This document shows, one piece after another, positions 1-13,863 of a DNA stretch of 64,000 bases. Source of the stretch: Chiloscyllium plagiosum (taxonomy: Eukaryota). Location of the stretch: contig NC_057719.1 in assembly GCF_004010195.1 (NCBI RefSeq), forward strand, positions 24,343,465 through 24,407,464, given 5' to 3'. Positions within the stretch are counted from its first letter, which is position 1; the number at the start of each line of letters is the position of its first letter. The translations under genes were made by a program, and so were the position numbers. The notes under the pieces were generated by a model that saw only the letters and a list, made by a program, of their open reading frames with translations, did not search any database and had not been told where the DNA came from.

Positions 1-410
1 CTTGTATTTATATAGCATTCACACAACCTTATGATGTCCCAAAGCACGTTCCAATCAATGAAGCACTTTTGAAGTCTAGACAGTGTTGTAAGGTAGGAAA
101 TTCAGCAGCTAAATTGCACAGCAGGCTCCTATAAATAGCTATGTAATAATGACCAATTAAACTGTTTTTCTGATGTTAATTTCATGCTAAATATTGACCA
201 GATACTCTGGATAAATTTACTGGAACAATATCATGAAATGCTTTATGTCCACCTGATGTGGCAGACAACATCAGAAATATGGCACCTCTGACAAAGCAAT
301 ATTCCCTCAGTACTGTACAGGAGAAGCAAACCTCCATGTTTGTATTCAATTTTCTGGAGTAGACTTAAGCCCATAACCTTCTAACTCAGAGCATGAGAAA
401 ACTACCAATT
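1..410 (-). mobile_element. Old Deu-domain SINE (SacSINE1/AmnSINE1-like)
   Basis: The reverse strand has a tRNA-like head and a tail ending in ...gctatataaatacaag. It is similar to the copies at about 7370 and 36630. Confidence 0.5.
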
Positions 411-959
411 TATGCATGTCTGAAACATTTACCAGAGAAGGAATTCTAAAGCTTAAAGCCAATGAAGCAGAAGGCATGGTCTCCTGAGAAATATTGAAGA
501 TCAAAGATACATAAAAGGTCATATTTTCAAGATGGCTCAGATTTCAGAGGATGTAAAGCTGGAGGAGGTTACAGATGGGATGGGTCCATGGACAGATTTG
601 AAAACAAGCAGGTGATCTTTAAAATTAACATGTTGACAGACTGGGTGCTAATTTAGCTGAGTAGAGTTGGTAAATAAGACATGATATGAGTTAAAATATG
701 TGCAGCAAAGTTTTGATGGAGAGCAAACGGTGAGAGCTGCTCAAGAAAACACTTAATAGTCAAGTCTAGAGGTAACTAAGGCATGACTGAGTATTTCAAC
801 CATTGAATAGTTGATGCAATAACAACAATATATGATACCTTTAAATGTAATTAAATGTCCTAAGGAGCTTCATAAGAGCATTATAAATTGAAACATGACA
901 TGGAGTCATGAAGAGAAATTAGGTCACATGACTAACTGTTTGGTCAAAGAGTTTTTAAA

Positions 960-2065
960 GACTTTTGTTTGTCATCTATACAAATGATTTGGATGAGGAT
1001 ATTACAAGGCATGGTTAGTAAGTTTGCGAATGACACCAAAATTGGTATCAGTGAAGAAGGTTTTCTAACATTACAAAGGGATCATATCAAATAGGTCAAT
1101 GGGTTGAAAAATGGCACATGGTGTTCAATCTGGATATATGCGTGGTATTGTATTTTGGTATAAGAAACAGAGGTAGGACTTATACAATTAATGGTAGGGC
1201 CTTGGGTGGTGTTAGGCAAAAGTGAGGACTGCAGGTGCTGGAGATCAGAGTCTAGATTAGAGTAGTGCTGGAAAACCACAGCTGGTCAGGCAGCATCCGA
1301 GGAGCTGGAAAATTAATGTTTCGGGCAAAAGCCCTTCAGCAGGAATGAATGGTGGTGTTGTAGAAGAGGGGCCTAGAGATGCAGGTACATAATTCTTTGA
1401 AGTTTGCATCACATATAGACAGGGTCATTAAAAAGGTGTGTAGCATGCTTGTCTTCATTGCTCAGTCCTTTGGGTATATGAGTTGGTAAGTCATGTTACA
1501 GCTGTACAGGATATCGGTGAGGCCTCTTCTGGAGTACTGTGTCCTGTTATAGTTGCCCAGTTATAGAAAGGATATTATTAAACTGGAGAGGGTTCAGAAG
1601 GGATTTACTAGGACGTTGTCAGATATCGAAGGTTTGAGTTATAAAGAAAGGCTGGATAGATTGGGACTTTATTCACTGGAGCGTAGGAGATTGAGAGGTA
1701 ACCTTATAAAAGCTTATAAAATCATGAATGGTATAGACAGGGTTAATGGTAGCTGTCTTTTCCTTAGGCGGGGAGATTTCAAAACTAGGGGAGCACATTT
1801 TTAAGGTGAGAGGAGAGGGATTCAAAAAAGACATAAGGGGTAATTTTTTTACATACAGGGTGGTTCACGTTTGGAATGAACTTCCTGAGGAAGTGGTAGA
1901 TGTGGGCACAGTTACAATGTTTAGTTGTAAATAAATGAATAGGAAAGGTTTGGAGGGATATGGGTCAGCAGCAGACAGGTGGGTCTAGTTTAGTTTGGGA
2001 TTATGTTTGTCATGGATTGGTTGAACCGAAGGGTCTGTCTCCGTATTGTATGACTCTATGACTAT
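960..2065 (+). mobile_element. CR1-clade LINE 3' fragment, interrupted by a short Penelope-type insert at about 1219-1347
   Basis: Encodes LERVQKGFTR...SYKERLDRLGLYSLERRRLRG and FFTYRVVHVWNELP. It ends in the typical gaagggtctgt...tatgactctatgact tail. Confidence 0.9.
1219..1347 (-). mobile_element. Short Penelope pLTR-derived element (family A, degenerate hammerhead motif)
   Basis: Same sequence as the copies at 25141, 45573, 46029, 52809 and 63055. Confidence 0.75.
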
Positions 2066-2295
2066 CTTAATGGAGAAAAGAGAGATCACATGGAGAGGTG
2101 CCAGGGAGGAACTTCCAGAACTTAATGCCTTGGCAAATAAGGACATAGTCACCAGTGATAGAGGAATTAAGATTGTGTATGTTCAAAAGGCTAGAATTTG
2201 ATATCTTGGAATGCTGTGTGGCTGGGTCCTGACAAGGTCATGAATGGAATGATTTGGGTAATGATTTTAAAATCAAGACATGGCTTGTGCAGAAA

Positions 2296-2638
2296 TCATG
2301 GAGTCAGAGAGATGTACAGCATGGAAACAGACCTTTCGGTCTAACGTGTCCATGACGACCGAATATCCCAACCCAATCCATTCCCACCTGCCAGCACCTG
2401 GCCCATGTCTATCCCAAGCCTTCCTATTCATATACCCATACAGATGCCTTTTAAATGTTGCAATTGTACCAGCCTCCACCACTTCCTCTGGCAGCTCATT
2501 CCATACATGTACCACCCTCTGCGTGAAAAGGTTGCCCCTTAGGTCTCTTTTATATCTTTCCCCTCTCACCCTAAACCTATGCCCTCTAGTTCTGGATTCT
2601 CCATCCCAGGGAAGAGACTTTATCTATTTATCCCATCC
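2296..2638 (-). mobile_element. CR1 LINE 3' end
   Basis: Encodes RGERYKRDLRGNLFTQRVVHVWNELPEEVVEAG and carries the CR1 tail. Confidence 0.9.
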
Positions 2639-3029
2639 CTGAGTCAATGAGGGCCATTGAGTGCATAAGTGATGCGGTGAATGGGACCTGGTGTGAGTTA
2701 AGCCATAGGCAGTAAATTTTGACTCACCCCAATTTTCTGGAAGGTAGAAGTGTGAGACTAACCAAGAGGACAATTTAGTTGTCAAGTCTGGAGGTAGCTA
2801 AGGTGTGAATAAAGGTTTGAACAGCAGCTGAGTTTAAACAAAGGCAAAGTTGTCAATTTTATAGAAGTGGAAAAAATTGGTGTTGTGATGGTGAAAATGT
2901 GTACTCAGAAGCTAATGTGGGGGGTCAAGCAAGTTTAAACTGACCAGCTTAGTCTCAGACTATTACCAAGTGGAGAGATAGAGTTGGTAGCTTGGGAACA
3001 GACTGCATAGTGGGGACTGAAAATAATGG

Positions 3030-3290
3030 GCCTCAGGCGACTCTCTGTGTGGAGTTTGCACATTCTCCCCGTGTCTGCATGGGTTTCCTCCGGGTGCTCC
3101 GGTTTCCTCCCACAGTCCAAAGATGTGCAGGTTAGGTGAATTGGCCATGCTAAATTGCCCGTAGTGTTAGGTGAAGGGGTAAATGTAGGGGAATGGGTCT
3201 GGGTGGGTTGCGCTTCGGCGGGTCGATGTGGACTTGTTGGGCCGAAGGGCCTGTTTCCACACTGTAAGTAATCTAAAAAAAGTAATCTAA
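3030..3290 (+). mobile_element. HE1-type V-SINE, 5'-truncated
   Basis: Near-identical to the full copy at 13030, including the taatct tail. Confidence 0.9.
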
Positions 3291-4217
3291 AATTTCCTAA
3301 TATTTAGGAAAGGCAGAAAGCAGGGATAGGACATATTTAGCTGATGTTGCCTCTTGGAATCACGTTGATGAACAATAGGAGGAGACCAAACATTGATATT
3401 TGGGAGGGTCTGAGTTTGACCACAGGAACAGAAATAGTTTGGGAGATTCTCTGTGCACTATGAGCAACAAAGAAGCAGCACTGGAGCCCAACAGTGTTTT
3501 GAAGCATACCAAGAGCTATAGACAAGTCGAGAACGATGAGGATAGTTCAGCACAGTTAAATATACTTTCCAGTCACACGACCATAGTTCATCTGTCATGA
3601 TTGGTCATGCACTGATACAAAAATAGAGCTGCTTCAATGCCCTCTATTCTTGCATAAAGGGCAAGCAGAGTGGAAGGCAGACTAGACGGGAGGAAATCGG
3701 GACTACTAAAAAAGCTCAAGGAGCGTCTCCGGATAGGCTTTAATCTAAAAGATCAAACAGGGACACTGAACTGCGGATTGCAAAGAAGTCCCGCGACAGG
3801 ATAAACGGTAATTTATCGTTGCAACCGTGTGCGCTGTCTTTGCAATTCGAAACGGCGAAATAAGAGTTTCAGAAAAATGCAAACGCCAAAGAAAAATAAC
3901 AAGGCTGCTTAAAATTTCGGTTTACGCATTGCTCACTAAAACCTTAATTCCTTCGAGAAGGCCGACACCAATTCCATCAGTGAAAATAATCGTTTCAGCC
4001 AACCAGCGTGGCAGTGCAGATAGCATCCACAAATACATGATAAAGGTCCCAGATTTGTTAGGTCTCTTGCAGGCATAACTCCAGTGTCTACATGGACAGA
4101 CACCCAGGGGTCAGAGCCAGGCTCGATCTGGAACTCCAGGGGACTCGAGATATTCCAGTTAAATTCTAGGCAGTTTGCTGTGTGTGTGTATGTGCATTCT
4201 GCTCTAATATTATTGCC

Positions 4218-4372
4218 ATGACGTGGAGCTGCAGGTATTGGACTGGGTGGACAAAGTCAGAGGACACCAAGTTATAGTCCAACAAGTTTATTTGAAATCA
4301 CAAGCTTTCGGAGCAGCTTGTTGGACTATAAACTTGTTGGACTATAACCTGGTGTCCTGTGACCTCTGACTT
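4218..4372. mobile_element. Palindromic Penelope-type short element (family B)
   Basis: Inverted arms ...gttatagtccaaca / tgttggactataac..., shared with the copies at 32003, 47170 and 51277. Confidence 0.65.
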
Positions 4373-5969
4373 ACATTATTGTCAGTATCGGAACGGTCAG
4401 TCAGTATTGACCATGTATATACAATAATAGCTTTCTGGGAGTTCATCAAACTTGTTTACCCCCTGCGTTCCTGTTGTGTAACACAAACATCGTCAGCAGT
4501 TTGAAACCTGAAGCAAGATGAACTGTACAAACCCGAGAAACGAGTTCAGAAATAGCTAGCTGCCAGTCAAGGCTTCTGTTTTGAGATGTGTGTGTGTTTT
4601 GTTATTCTGATTGGCCGCCAGCCACTGGCTTTATCCTTCTCCCGCGTTTTAGACTGGGTGTAATGTTTGCAATCCTTCCCTCCTCTGGCACTATTGCAAC
4701 TAAAAAGGATCAGAAGACTGTGACCAAAGCCTTCGAGTTTTCCCTTCACTTCCCCAGCAATCTCAAATACATCCGAACCGCTGACTTTTCTGTCACCGGC
4801 AACGTTTCAATTCCCGCTTTATTTCGATCCTGTCCATTTTCTCAAAATCTCCCTCTTTACCGCAACATTGGGACCATCTTTTTTTTTATTCAGACGTACA
4901 CAAAGTATTTATTTCGTACAAACAAAAACAGAAATTGCTGGAGAAACTCGGCAGGTCTGGCAGCATCCGTGAGGAGACAAAGTCAACATTTTGAGTTTAG
5001 TGACCTGACTCCTCCAAATTCCGATTTTATTTCAATCTCCATCGTTCGCAATTCTTTGATTTATTTATTTTGTAGCTCGGAAATGCCCTGGGGGGAAAAA
5101 TCACAAGAGTATTTCATTTTTAATCCCAAATTGAACCCAACGTTCCCCTTGCACTCCATTATACTGTACATCAAATATTTTCTTTTTAATTAAATTCACA
5201 AAGACCCCTGGTGTTCTACCAACTTAACAACAATGGATCCATCACTACTTTCAACGTTTTAGAAGAGTTTAGCCTGAAAGACAAAATTCCTGTTCCATTC
5301 ATTGCAAGAATACCTTCCTATAAGAATCTGAGAACATGCAGCCTCTGTTCTGTGATTGGTGAAAGGGCTTGGTCTCTCTCGCGCAACCCCTCAATTCTTC
5401 CTTCCACTCTAAATCTGGTAACCCACGTGCTAACTTTGAACCAACCAGCTTCTGACAATTTAGGAATTCCTCCCAGGAGCACAGCTGTTCAGTTGGTAGG
5501 GATATTGAGTCGATGACTCTGCAGGATTGAGGCATTTAGAGTTGAACATCTAGCCTAGCTTGAAGACAACATAATGCTTCTGTTCCATGTAGTTTATGGA
5601 TCACATTTGTTGTGCGAAATTAAAGTTTATCCATCTCTGCATAATTCTGATGAATTGGGAACAAAAGTTCCTCTCTTTCATCGTACAAGATCCAAAGAGT
5701 CCATCTATTCAGAGAATTAAAAGCTGCAACTGCATGTGCTACATTTCAAAACAGGCTAAAGCTAAAGTAAATATTATCTGTGAACATATCCGTGCAGATT
5801 TACTCAAGCATGTACAGATTCAAGACGGACTTTTTTCCACAGCCTGAACCTTGAATCTCAGAATTAGATCCTTCCTCACTCCCTGTGCTTGCAAGGTCAC
5901 ATCTGTGAGGGAGCTATTAATACCCTACAGTACAGCTTTTTATAAAAACTATATGAATGAGCCTTGTAA

Positions 5970-6895
5970 AAGGCCTATTCTCAGTCGTGTACTAGAATAA
6001 TGTGAACAGTTTTGGTCCCCTTATCTCAGACTACAATTGGAGGCAATTCAGAAGAAGGTTCACCAGGTTGATTCCAAGTGTGGAGAAATGTTACTATGAG
6101 GAGACATTGAGTAGACTGGGCCTTACACATCCGAGTTTAGAAGAATAAGAGGCAACTTTGTTGAAACATATAAGATTCTTAGGGACTTGACACAGTAGAT
6201 GTGGAGAAGATGTTTCTCCTTGTGCAAGAGATAAGGACCAGAGGACATAATCTCAGAGTCACCCATTTAAGATAGAGATAGGGAATCATAGAACCCCATA
6301 GTGTGGAAGCAGGCCATTCAGCCCCACAGGTCCACACAGACCTTCTGAAAAGCATCCCACTCACTCCCACTCCCTATCTCTGTAACCCTGCATTTCCTAT
6401 GGTGTAACCCACCTAGCCTGTACATCCCTGGACACTACAGGCCAATTTAGGATAACCAATCCACCTAACCTGCACATCTTTGGACTGTGGAAGGAAACTG
6501 GAGCACCAGGAGCACACACACAGACATGGGGAGAATGTGCAAACTCCACACAGATAGTCATCCAAGGCTGGAATCGAACCATGGGTCCCTGGCACTGTGA
6601 GACAGCAGTGCTGAACATTGAGTCACAGTGCCACCCATGGAATATCTTCTATCAGAAGGTAGTGACCTTCCAGAACTATTTACCACAGAGAGGTGTTGAG
6701 GGTGGATCATTAAGAATATTCAAAACTGAGATATCCAGATTTTTACTCAGTAAGGCAAACAAAGCTTATGAGGAAAAGACATGAAAGTGGAGACGAAGAT
6801 GACCAGATCAACCATACTCTTACTAAATTATGGAATAGATGGGATGGGTCCAAATACCTACTTCTGCTTCTATGTCTTATGGCTTCGTGGTCTAT
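5970..6895 (+). mobile_element. Decayed CR1 LINE 3' part, with a diverged V-SINE inserted in reverse orientation (about 6285-6636)
   Basis: CR1 motifs (cagttttggtccccttatct, cttatggcttc tail). The internal reverse-strand SINE shows VCTFSPC-type translations. Confidence 0.8.
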
Positions 6896-7861
6896 AATCT
6901 CATCATTGCCTTCCAATAAATTTTGACACAGAAAAGCATTTGAAAGTGAAGTAAATAGTGAACACCATGTTCCCTAAAGTTATACAAATCTCTTTCAATG
7001 TACACTAAAATAAACATATTAGGATCTAGGTAAACTTACAGGATATTTGGGCAAAAGCACATTGGGTTTTCCTTGTTAATTTAGAGAAGGTACACATAAT
7101 GATAACATGATGGGTATTATTGTTCACATTAGATTCACTGTCTAGTAAGAGACAAGACACTGTCAAAGATGCATATTAATTCATTGAGAAAAATAGGATA
7201 TTACATTCAGTCATTAATTCAGTATTTTTAAACGTATAATTATACTCATCACAAAATTCATGATGACCAGAAAATCTGACTCCTGCATATATGCATTAAG
7301 TTGTGCATCTCTTTCTTTCAAAAAGAAGTTAAGATGTGTCAATCCCAAATATTGGTACGAACTTGTGTCAGCTTGGCTCAGCTGCAATCTGTTTAACATT
7401 AAATCAGAGGATCTTGAGTTCTAGTCTCATTCCAAGATCAGAGAAAATGACTTAAGTGTAGTATCAGAATATTGTATTAATGAAGGTGATGACTTTTAGA
7501 TAAGATGTTAAATGAAAACAGGCTTAATTCGTTTGGACATATTTAGTAGTTTAAATAATACCAGTTAAAAAATGGGAAGTTGACCATCATCCAGAAAGGT
7601 ACTAAATGATTAATTACATCACTGATGGGATTTTGTGTACAAATTGGCAGTATTCTTTTGTCTACATAACAACAGTGGATACACTTGAATAACATTTGGC
7701 TATGAAATACTTTATGATGAGGATATGAAGACACTGTGAATAAAGTTCTTTCTTTATAAATTTTGAGTTCCTTGAACTCTTCTAAAATTTTCTTATTTTT
7801 TCTATTTGATAAGCTTTCTGAATGTAACAGCTTGAGAAATTAAATAAAAGGTCTACACACA

Positions 7862-8100
7862 GGTGCGGCACAGTGACTCAGTGGTTAGCACAGCTGCCTC
7901 ACAGCACCAGGGACCTGGGTTCAATTCCAGCCTCAGCTGACTTGACTGTGTGGAGTTTACACATTCTCCCTGTGTCTCTGTGGGTTTCCTCCTGGTGCTC
8001 CGGTTTCCTTCCACAATCTAAAGATGTGCAGGTTAGATGAATTGGCCATGCTAAATTGCCCAAAGTGTTAGGGATAAATATAGGGTCTGGGTGGGTTACT
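7862..8100 (+). mobile_element. HE1-type V-SINE, 3'-truncated
   Basis: tRNA-like A/B-box head (ggcacagtg...ggttcaattcc) followed by the V-domain. Confidence 0.85.
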
Positions 8101-8424
8101 CTAGGACCACAACCAGGAGGCCCTGCTCTGGGCCTACCATGACCTACTGTATCATTAGGTAAGATCTTGGTTTATTATCTACGTCAATTTCTCTATCTCT
8201 CCCATCTCCATATCTTTTGATTCATGTAGAGTCCAAGGAATCTTACCAACTTCATCTGAACTGAGCATCCACAACATTCTGGGATAGTGAGTCCTAAGCA
8301 TTCACAAGCATCCATGTGTCGAGGTTGCTCCTCATCTCAGGTCTGAATGTATGATCAGTTCTATATGGCCAATCTGATATTCTAAAACAATGTCCCCTAG
8401 TCTTTGCATCTACCCTATCATATT

Positions 8425-10420
8425 CATAGAGCCATAGAGATGTACAGCATGGAAACAGACCCTTTGGTCCAACCCGTTCATGCCAACCAGATAAGCCAAC
8501 CTGATGTAGTCCCACCAGCCAGCACCCAGCCCATATCCCTCCAAACTCTTCCTATTCATATATCCATCCAGATGCCATTTAAATGTTGCAATTGTACTAG
8601 CCTGTACCACTTCCTCTGGCAGCTCATTCCAGACACATAACACCCTCTGCGTGATAAAAGTGCCCCTGAGGTCTCTTTTATATCTTTCCCTTCTCACCCT
8701 AAACCTATGCTCTCTAGTTCTGGACTCCCCACCCCAGGGAAAAGAATTTGCCTATTTACCCTATCCATGCCCCTCATAATTTTGTAAACCTCTATGAGGT
8801 TACCGCTCAGCCTCTGACGCTCCAGGGAAAACAGCCCCAGCCTGTTCAACCTCTCCTTATAGCTCAAATTTTCCAACCCTGGCAACATCCTTGTAAATCT
8901 TTTCTGAACCCTTTCAAGTTTCACAATATCTTTCCAAAAGGAAGAAGGAGACCAGAATTGTACGCAATATTCCAACAGTAGCCTAACCAATGACCTGTAC
9001 AGCTGCAACATGACTTCCCAACTCCAGTACTCAATGCTCTGACCAATAAAGGAAAGCATACAAATGCCTTCTTCACTATCCTATCTACATGTGACTCCAC
9101 TTTCAAGGAACTATGAACCTGCACTCCAAGGTCTCTTTGTTCAGCAAAACCCCCTAGGATCTTACCATTAAGTGTATAAGTCCTGCTAAGATTTGTTTTC
9201 CCAAAATGCAGCACCTCGCATTTATCTAAATTTAACTCCATCTGGCACTTCTAAGTCCATTGGCCTATCTGTTCAAGACCCTGTTGTAATCTGAGATAAC
9301 CTTTTTTGCTGTCCACTACACCTCCAATTTTGGTGTCATCTGCAAACGTACTAACTATACCTCTCATGCTCACATCAAATCATTTATATAAATGATGAAA
9401 GTAGTGGGCCCAGCACTGATCCTTGTGGCACTCCACTGGTCACAGGCCTCCAATCTGAAAAACAACCCTCCACCACCACCCTCTGTCTCCCACCTTTAAG
9501 CTAGTTCTGTATCCAAATTGCTAGTTCTCACTGTATTCCATGAGTCCTAACCTTGCTAACCAGTCTCCCATAGGGAACTTTGTTGAACACCTTACTGAAG
9601 TCCATATCGATCAGGTCTACCACTCTGCCCTCGTCAATCCTTTTTGTTACTTCTTCAAAAAACTCAGTCAAGTTTGTGAGATATGATTTCACACGCACAA
9701 AGCCATGTTGACTATCCCTAATCAGTCCTTGCCTTTCCAAATACATGAACAATCTGTTCCTCAGGATTCCCTCTAACACCTTGCCCACCACCAACATCAG
9801 GCTTACTGGTCTATAGTTCCCTGGCTTGTCCTTACCACCTTTCTTAAACAGTGGCACCACGTTAGCCAACCTCCAGTCTTCCGGTACCTCACCTGTGACT
9901 ATCAATGATACAAATATCTCAGTGAGAGGCCTAGCAATCACTTCCCTAGGGTACACCTGATCAGGTCCTGGGGATCTATCCACTTTTATATGTTTCAAGA
10001 CATTCAGCACTTCCTCCTCTGTAATGCAGACATTTTTTCAAGATGTCACCATCTAGTTCCCTACAGTCTATATCTTCCATGTCCTTTTCAACAGTAAATA
10101 CTAACGCAAAATACTCATTTAGTATCTCCCACATCTCCTGCAGCTCGACACAAAGGGCATCTTGTTGATCTTTGAGGTTCCATATTCTCTCCCTAGTTAC
10201 TCTTTTGCCCTTAATATATTTACAAAATCTCTTTGGATTCTCCTTAACCCTATTTGCCAAAGCTATCTCATGTCCCCTTTTTGCCCTCCTGATTTCTCTA
10301 AAGTACACTCCTACTGCCTTTATACGCTTCTAAGGATTCACTTGATCTGTCCTGTCTATTCCTGACATATGTTTTCTTTTGTTTTCCTAACAAACCCTCA
10401 ATATATTTAGTCAAACTTTC
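8425..10420 (-). mobile_element. CR1 LINE ORF2 (reverse transcriptase) fragment, frameshifted
   Basis: Overlapping minus-strand ORFs contain PEDWRLANVVPLFKKG, NYRPVSL, SQHGFV, MDFSKVFNKVP and LEYCVQFWSP. Confidence 0.95.
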
Positions 10421-13029
10421 TCAGAATCTTAAATGTTTCAGTTAGATCAACTTTCATTCCTCAACAGTTCAGAGTATTCCTTTGATTTTTGCTATTTGTC
10501 AACATTAATGTCAGAAGCATGTCATGGCCAGCAAAATTTGCAGTTAGCTGTTTAAATGATGAAGGATGTACAGTATCAAAGACCTAAGTAACAGCGGTAT
10601 CACACACTTCCCACTCTAAATGGAGTTTCAGAGAAAATGACAGGGATCAATGTCCTTTTGGAACTGTTGCTAATAATAGCAAGTCACATTGTTGCTGAGG
10701 TTAACTTTGAACAGATAAACAAAGCAAGTTTTGCCAGAGGACTGTGGCATGCATGAATTATGTACTGTTACAAAGTGATAAACATGCCTTAGTATATTGA
10801 CCTCATTTCCTCCTAAGCATGTGATTAACTATGTCACTGCAAAAAAATGATTTCTTAACCAAAGGCCATATTAAATATCCTCTCATTGCCCATGTCTCCT
10901 AGTAACAACATGTTTTGCATTATTAGCTTGTATCTTTGGAAATTGGTGCAGTGATAAATTAGCCCTTAAGCACTCATTATTAAACAATTAAATATATAAA
11001 CTGCTTTTAACATTATGATCAAGTTCCTTATTTTATTTTATTCAATTTCCCAATTTCCGGGTGTATCGAAAACTTTTTCTTATAAAACATTGTCTGCATT
11101 CTGGGTCGAGGCTGTGGTGCTGGAAAAACACAGCCGGTCAGGCAGCATCCGAGGAGCAGGAGAATACAAATCTCTTTCAGTGTACACTAAAATAATTGTA
11201 GCTAAACTTAAATTGTCTGCATTCTGTCTACTTTCCAAATGAATGGTGTAATAGGCAGATTCACATAGACAATCTCCTTACAGGAAAATGATGTGAAGTA
11301 GTTTCCAATACCCGCTGTGCTCTTGTGCTTCTGGATTCTGATAAAATAAGAGACGTTATGGCTGACAATAACAATTCACATTTAAATTGTGCATTTAATT
11401 GTGATCATGATTGATTATGATTGTGATTATGAATTGATTACATAATTGTAATCAAATAAATAAAATCAAAAAAGGAGATATTAGGATGGGTGCTTTAAAA
11501 CTTGTATGAGTGGAATGATTTTAAGGAGGATCTTAAAGGTTTAGAGACAAGGAGGTTTACAGTTGAAAGCTAGACTTAAACTAGCTAGTGTTTAAAGCTA
11601 GAGTTTGAAATCAGAACTGTCAATGATAACTAAAAGGCAATGGATGATCCACAGAAGGCTTGAGCTGGAGAAATGGAGTGTGTCTGAGATTTGCATGGAG
11701 GAGGGTATAAAGATAGAAGGGATTGTGAGCATTAACATTGGTGAACATTGAAATCAGTATTTTTAAATTAAATTCTTGGAAGACCAAGAGTCAATTTAGA
11801 GTAAGCACAGGGGTGATGAGTAAGCGGATCTTAGCATCGGTTAGGCTGTACGTAATGAATTTTGCTGATTCTGGTGGAGACAGGGAGCAAGGCAGAAGAT
11901 AGAATCTGCAGGGAGTAAATGGAGTTTGTTACAGGGGATGAACATAATTGCTTCTGCAATTGGCAGAAACTGTAGCTTATACAGAACTAGAAGATGGACA
12001 AGCAGTCTAATAACATTGGCACAATAAAGCATCCTGAGAGATGGCACTGAGATAGACTTGGTATCATCTTAATACATGTGTAATCTTTTTTTTTGCTTCA
12101 AATGATGTTGCTAAGGGGCAATATTCAGATAAGAAATAGAAAGATGCCAATGACTGATCCTTGGTGGATGCCAGAGGTAACAATGCAAGGGATGAAGATA
12201 CATAATATCGCAGGAGATTCTTCAATTGTGACTGAATAACTAAGAATGAGAAGGCAAAGCAAAGCCTACAGAATTGGCCTTGATACCCAATATATGCTAT
12301 TATAGCTGTATACCAGAGACTAATAAAAAGCAAACATGTGCTCTCAGAATTCTGGAGAGCAAGAATGTAAGTCATATTCAGTGTTTTTTTCAATAAAGCT
12401 GCCTCTACACTCCAAGTGATATATTTTCATGAATATGGCATAGAGAGAATTTGAAATTAATCCAATTTCAAAGTAAATTGGTTGTGTCAAGTTTATGTAT
12501 GAAGATCCATATCTTGTACCATCCAATTAATTTGGGATTTGCTTGTCTCTTTTAGATTGGCACTGAATATACAGAAAACACAACTGTCTCTATTGTGCAA
12601 ATTAACTTCCTTACCATTCAGTTACACAAGGTGGATGATGGATAAAATGGTGACAACTGTGGTTAGATACCTAATACATATGTTAAGTTGTGGTGCAGTG
12701 GGCTCAGGGTCTGATGCTGGGCTTTCTCAATGACTGGGTGAAGAATCTGGCAATGGAGAGGATGAACTGGCCAAGACTCCTTCAAAAGCACATGCTATAC
12801 CTGCAATGCTACAACTAAAATAAAGACAGCAGATGCATAGGAGCAGCATCAACTCTAAGCCACATATTGTCCTGACTTGCAAATATAACATCACCATAGT
12901 CTTACCAGATCATGGAGCAGAGAGAGATAATTGGTGGTGGTTTAACTTCAGGACTACCAAGCCTCTGGCAAGGAGAGAGGTTGAGAATGTGAGTCCTTCA
13001 CAGTAATCGTGACTGTTGTGGACTGTTGT

Positions 13030-13351
13030 GGGCGGCACGGTGGCACAGTGGTTAGCACTGCTGCCTCACAGCGCCAGAGACCCGGGTTCAATTCCCGCCT
13101 CAGGCGACTGACTGTGTGGAGTTTGCACATTCTCCCCGTGTCTGCATGGGTTTCCTCCGGGTGCTCCGGTTTCCTCCCACAGTCCAAAAATGTGCAGGTC
13201 AGGTGAATTGGCCATGCTAAATTGCCCGTAGTGTTAGGTGCAGGGGTAAATGTAGGGGAATGGGTCTGGGTGGGTTGCGCATCGGTGGGTCGGTGTGGAC
13301 TTGTTGGGCCGAAGGGCCTGTTTCCACACTGTAAGTAATCTAATCTAATCT
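13030..13351 (+). mobile_element. Full-length HE1-type tRNA-derived V-SINE
   Basis: Pol III boxes TGGCACAGTGG and GGTTCAATTCC, V-domain core, a 3' end resembling the CR1 tail (gggccgaagggcctgtttcc) and (TAATC)n. Confidence 0.92.
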
Positions 13352-13729
13352 TAACCCATACTGTTAGTATCCCACTGCATCAGAGACGAGCTATCTTGCA
13401 AACTAAGTTAAGCCAACCCCCTAAATTTCTTTGGGATCTGTTCCTTTGGGATCAAATTCCTGCAACTCCCACCCTCACCACACTGTGGATGTAACTGCCC
13501 TATATGGACTGCAGTAGTTCATGCAGAGGGCACACCAACACCTTCTCCGGTGGCAGGGGGGGGGGGGGGGGCAACGTGTTGTTCTTGCCAGCAATGTTCA
13601 CATCCCATGATCCAAATTTTAAACAAAAACTGGCTACAATGAATTTGTTACAGTTGTTTAAACTGAGCAAATATAGTTAGAGAGGAGGGGGAGAGGGTGT
13701 GTGTCTGTGCGTGTGTGCGTTCTTTAAAG

Positions 13730-13863
13730 CAGCACCAATCAGTGGCTTTTGGAGTCCCATATAGTAAACATATAACCGATGTGAAGCAGCCACTATACTG
13801 CAGCTCCGGTGCAATAGGAGTCTAACATAACAATAGCAATCTCTAACTGGACACCAAACAGAT
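13730..13863 (+). promoter_or_regulatory. Candidate proximal ASB2beta promoter and short non-coding exon
   Basis: CCAAT at 13735, forkhead core GTAAACA at 13764-13770 abutting TATAA at 13771, and a donor-like GAT|gtaaga at 13864 that could splice to the 14067 acceptor. Confidence 0.35.

Noticed and set aside
4588..5193. 201-aa ORF
   Set aside because: Non-ATG start, runs through a repeat relic and T-rich sequence, and has no recognisable protein features.
13030..13105. tRNA-like sequences (also 7862, about 37415, 55887)
   Set aside because: These are SINE heads with A/B boxes continuing into SINE bodies. I could not build a complete cloverleaf.
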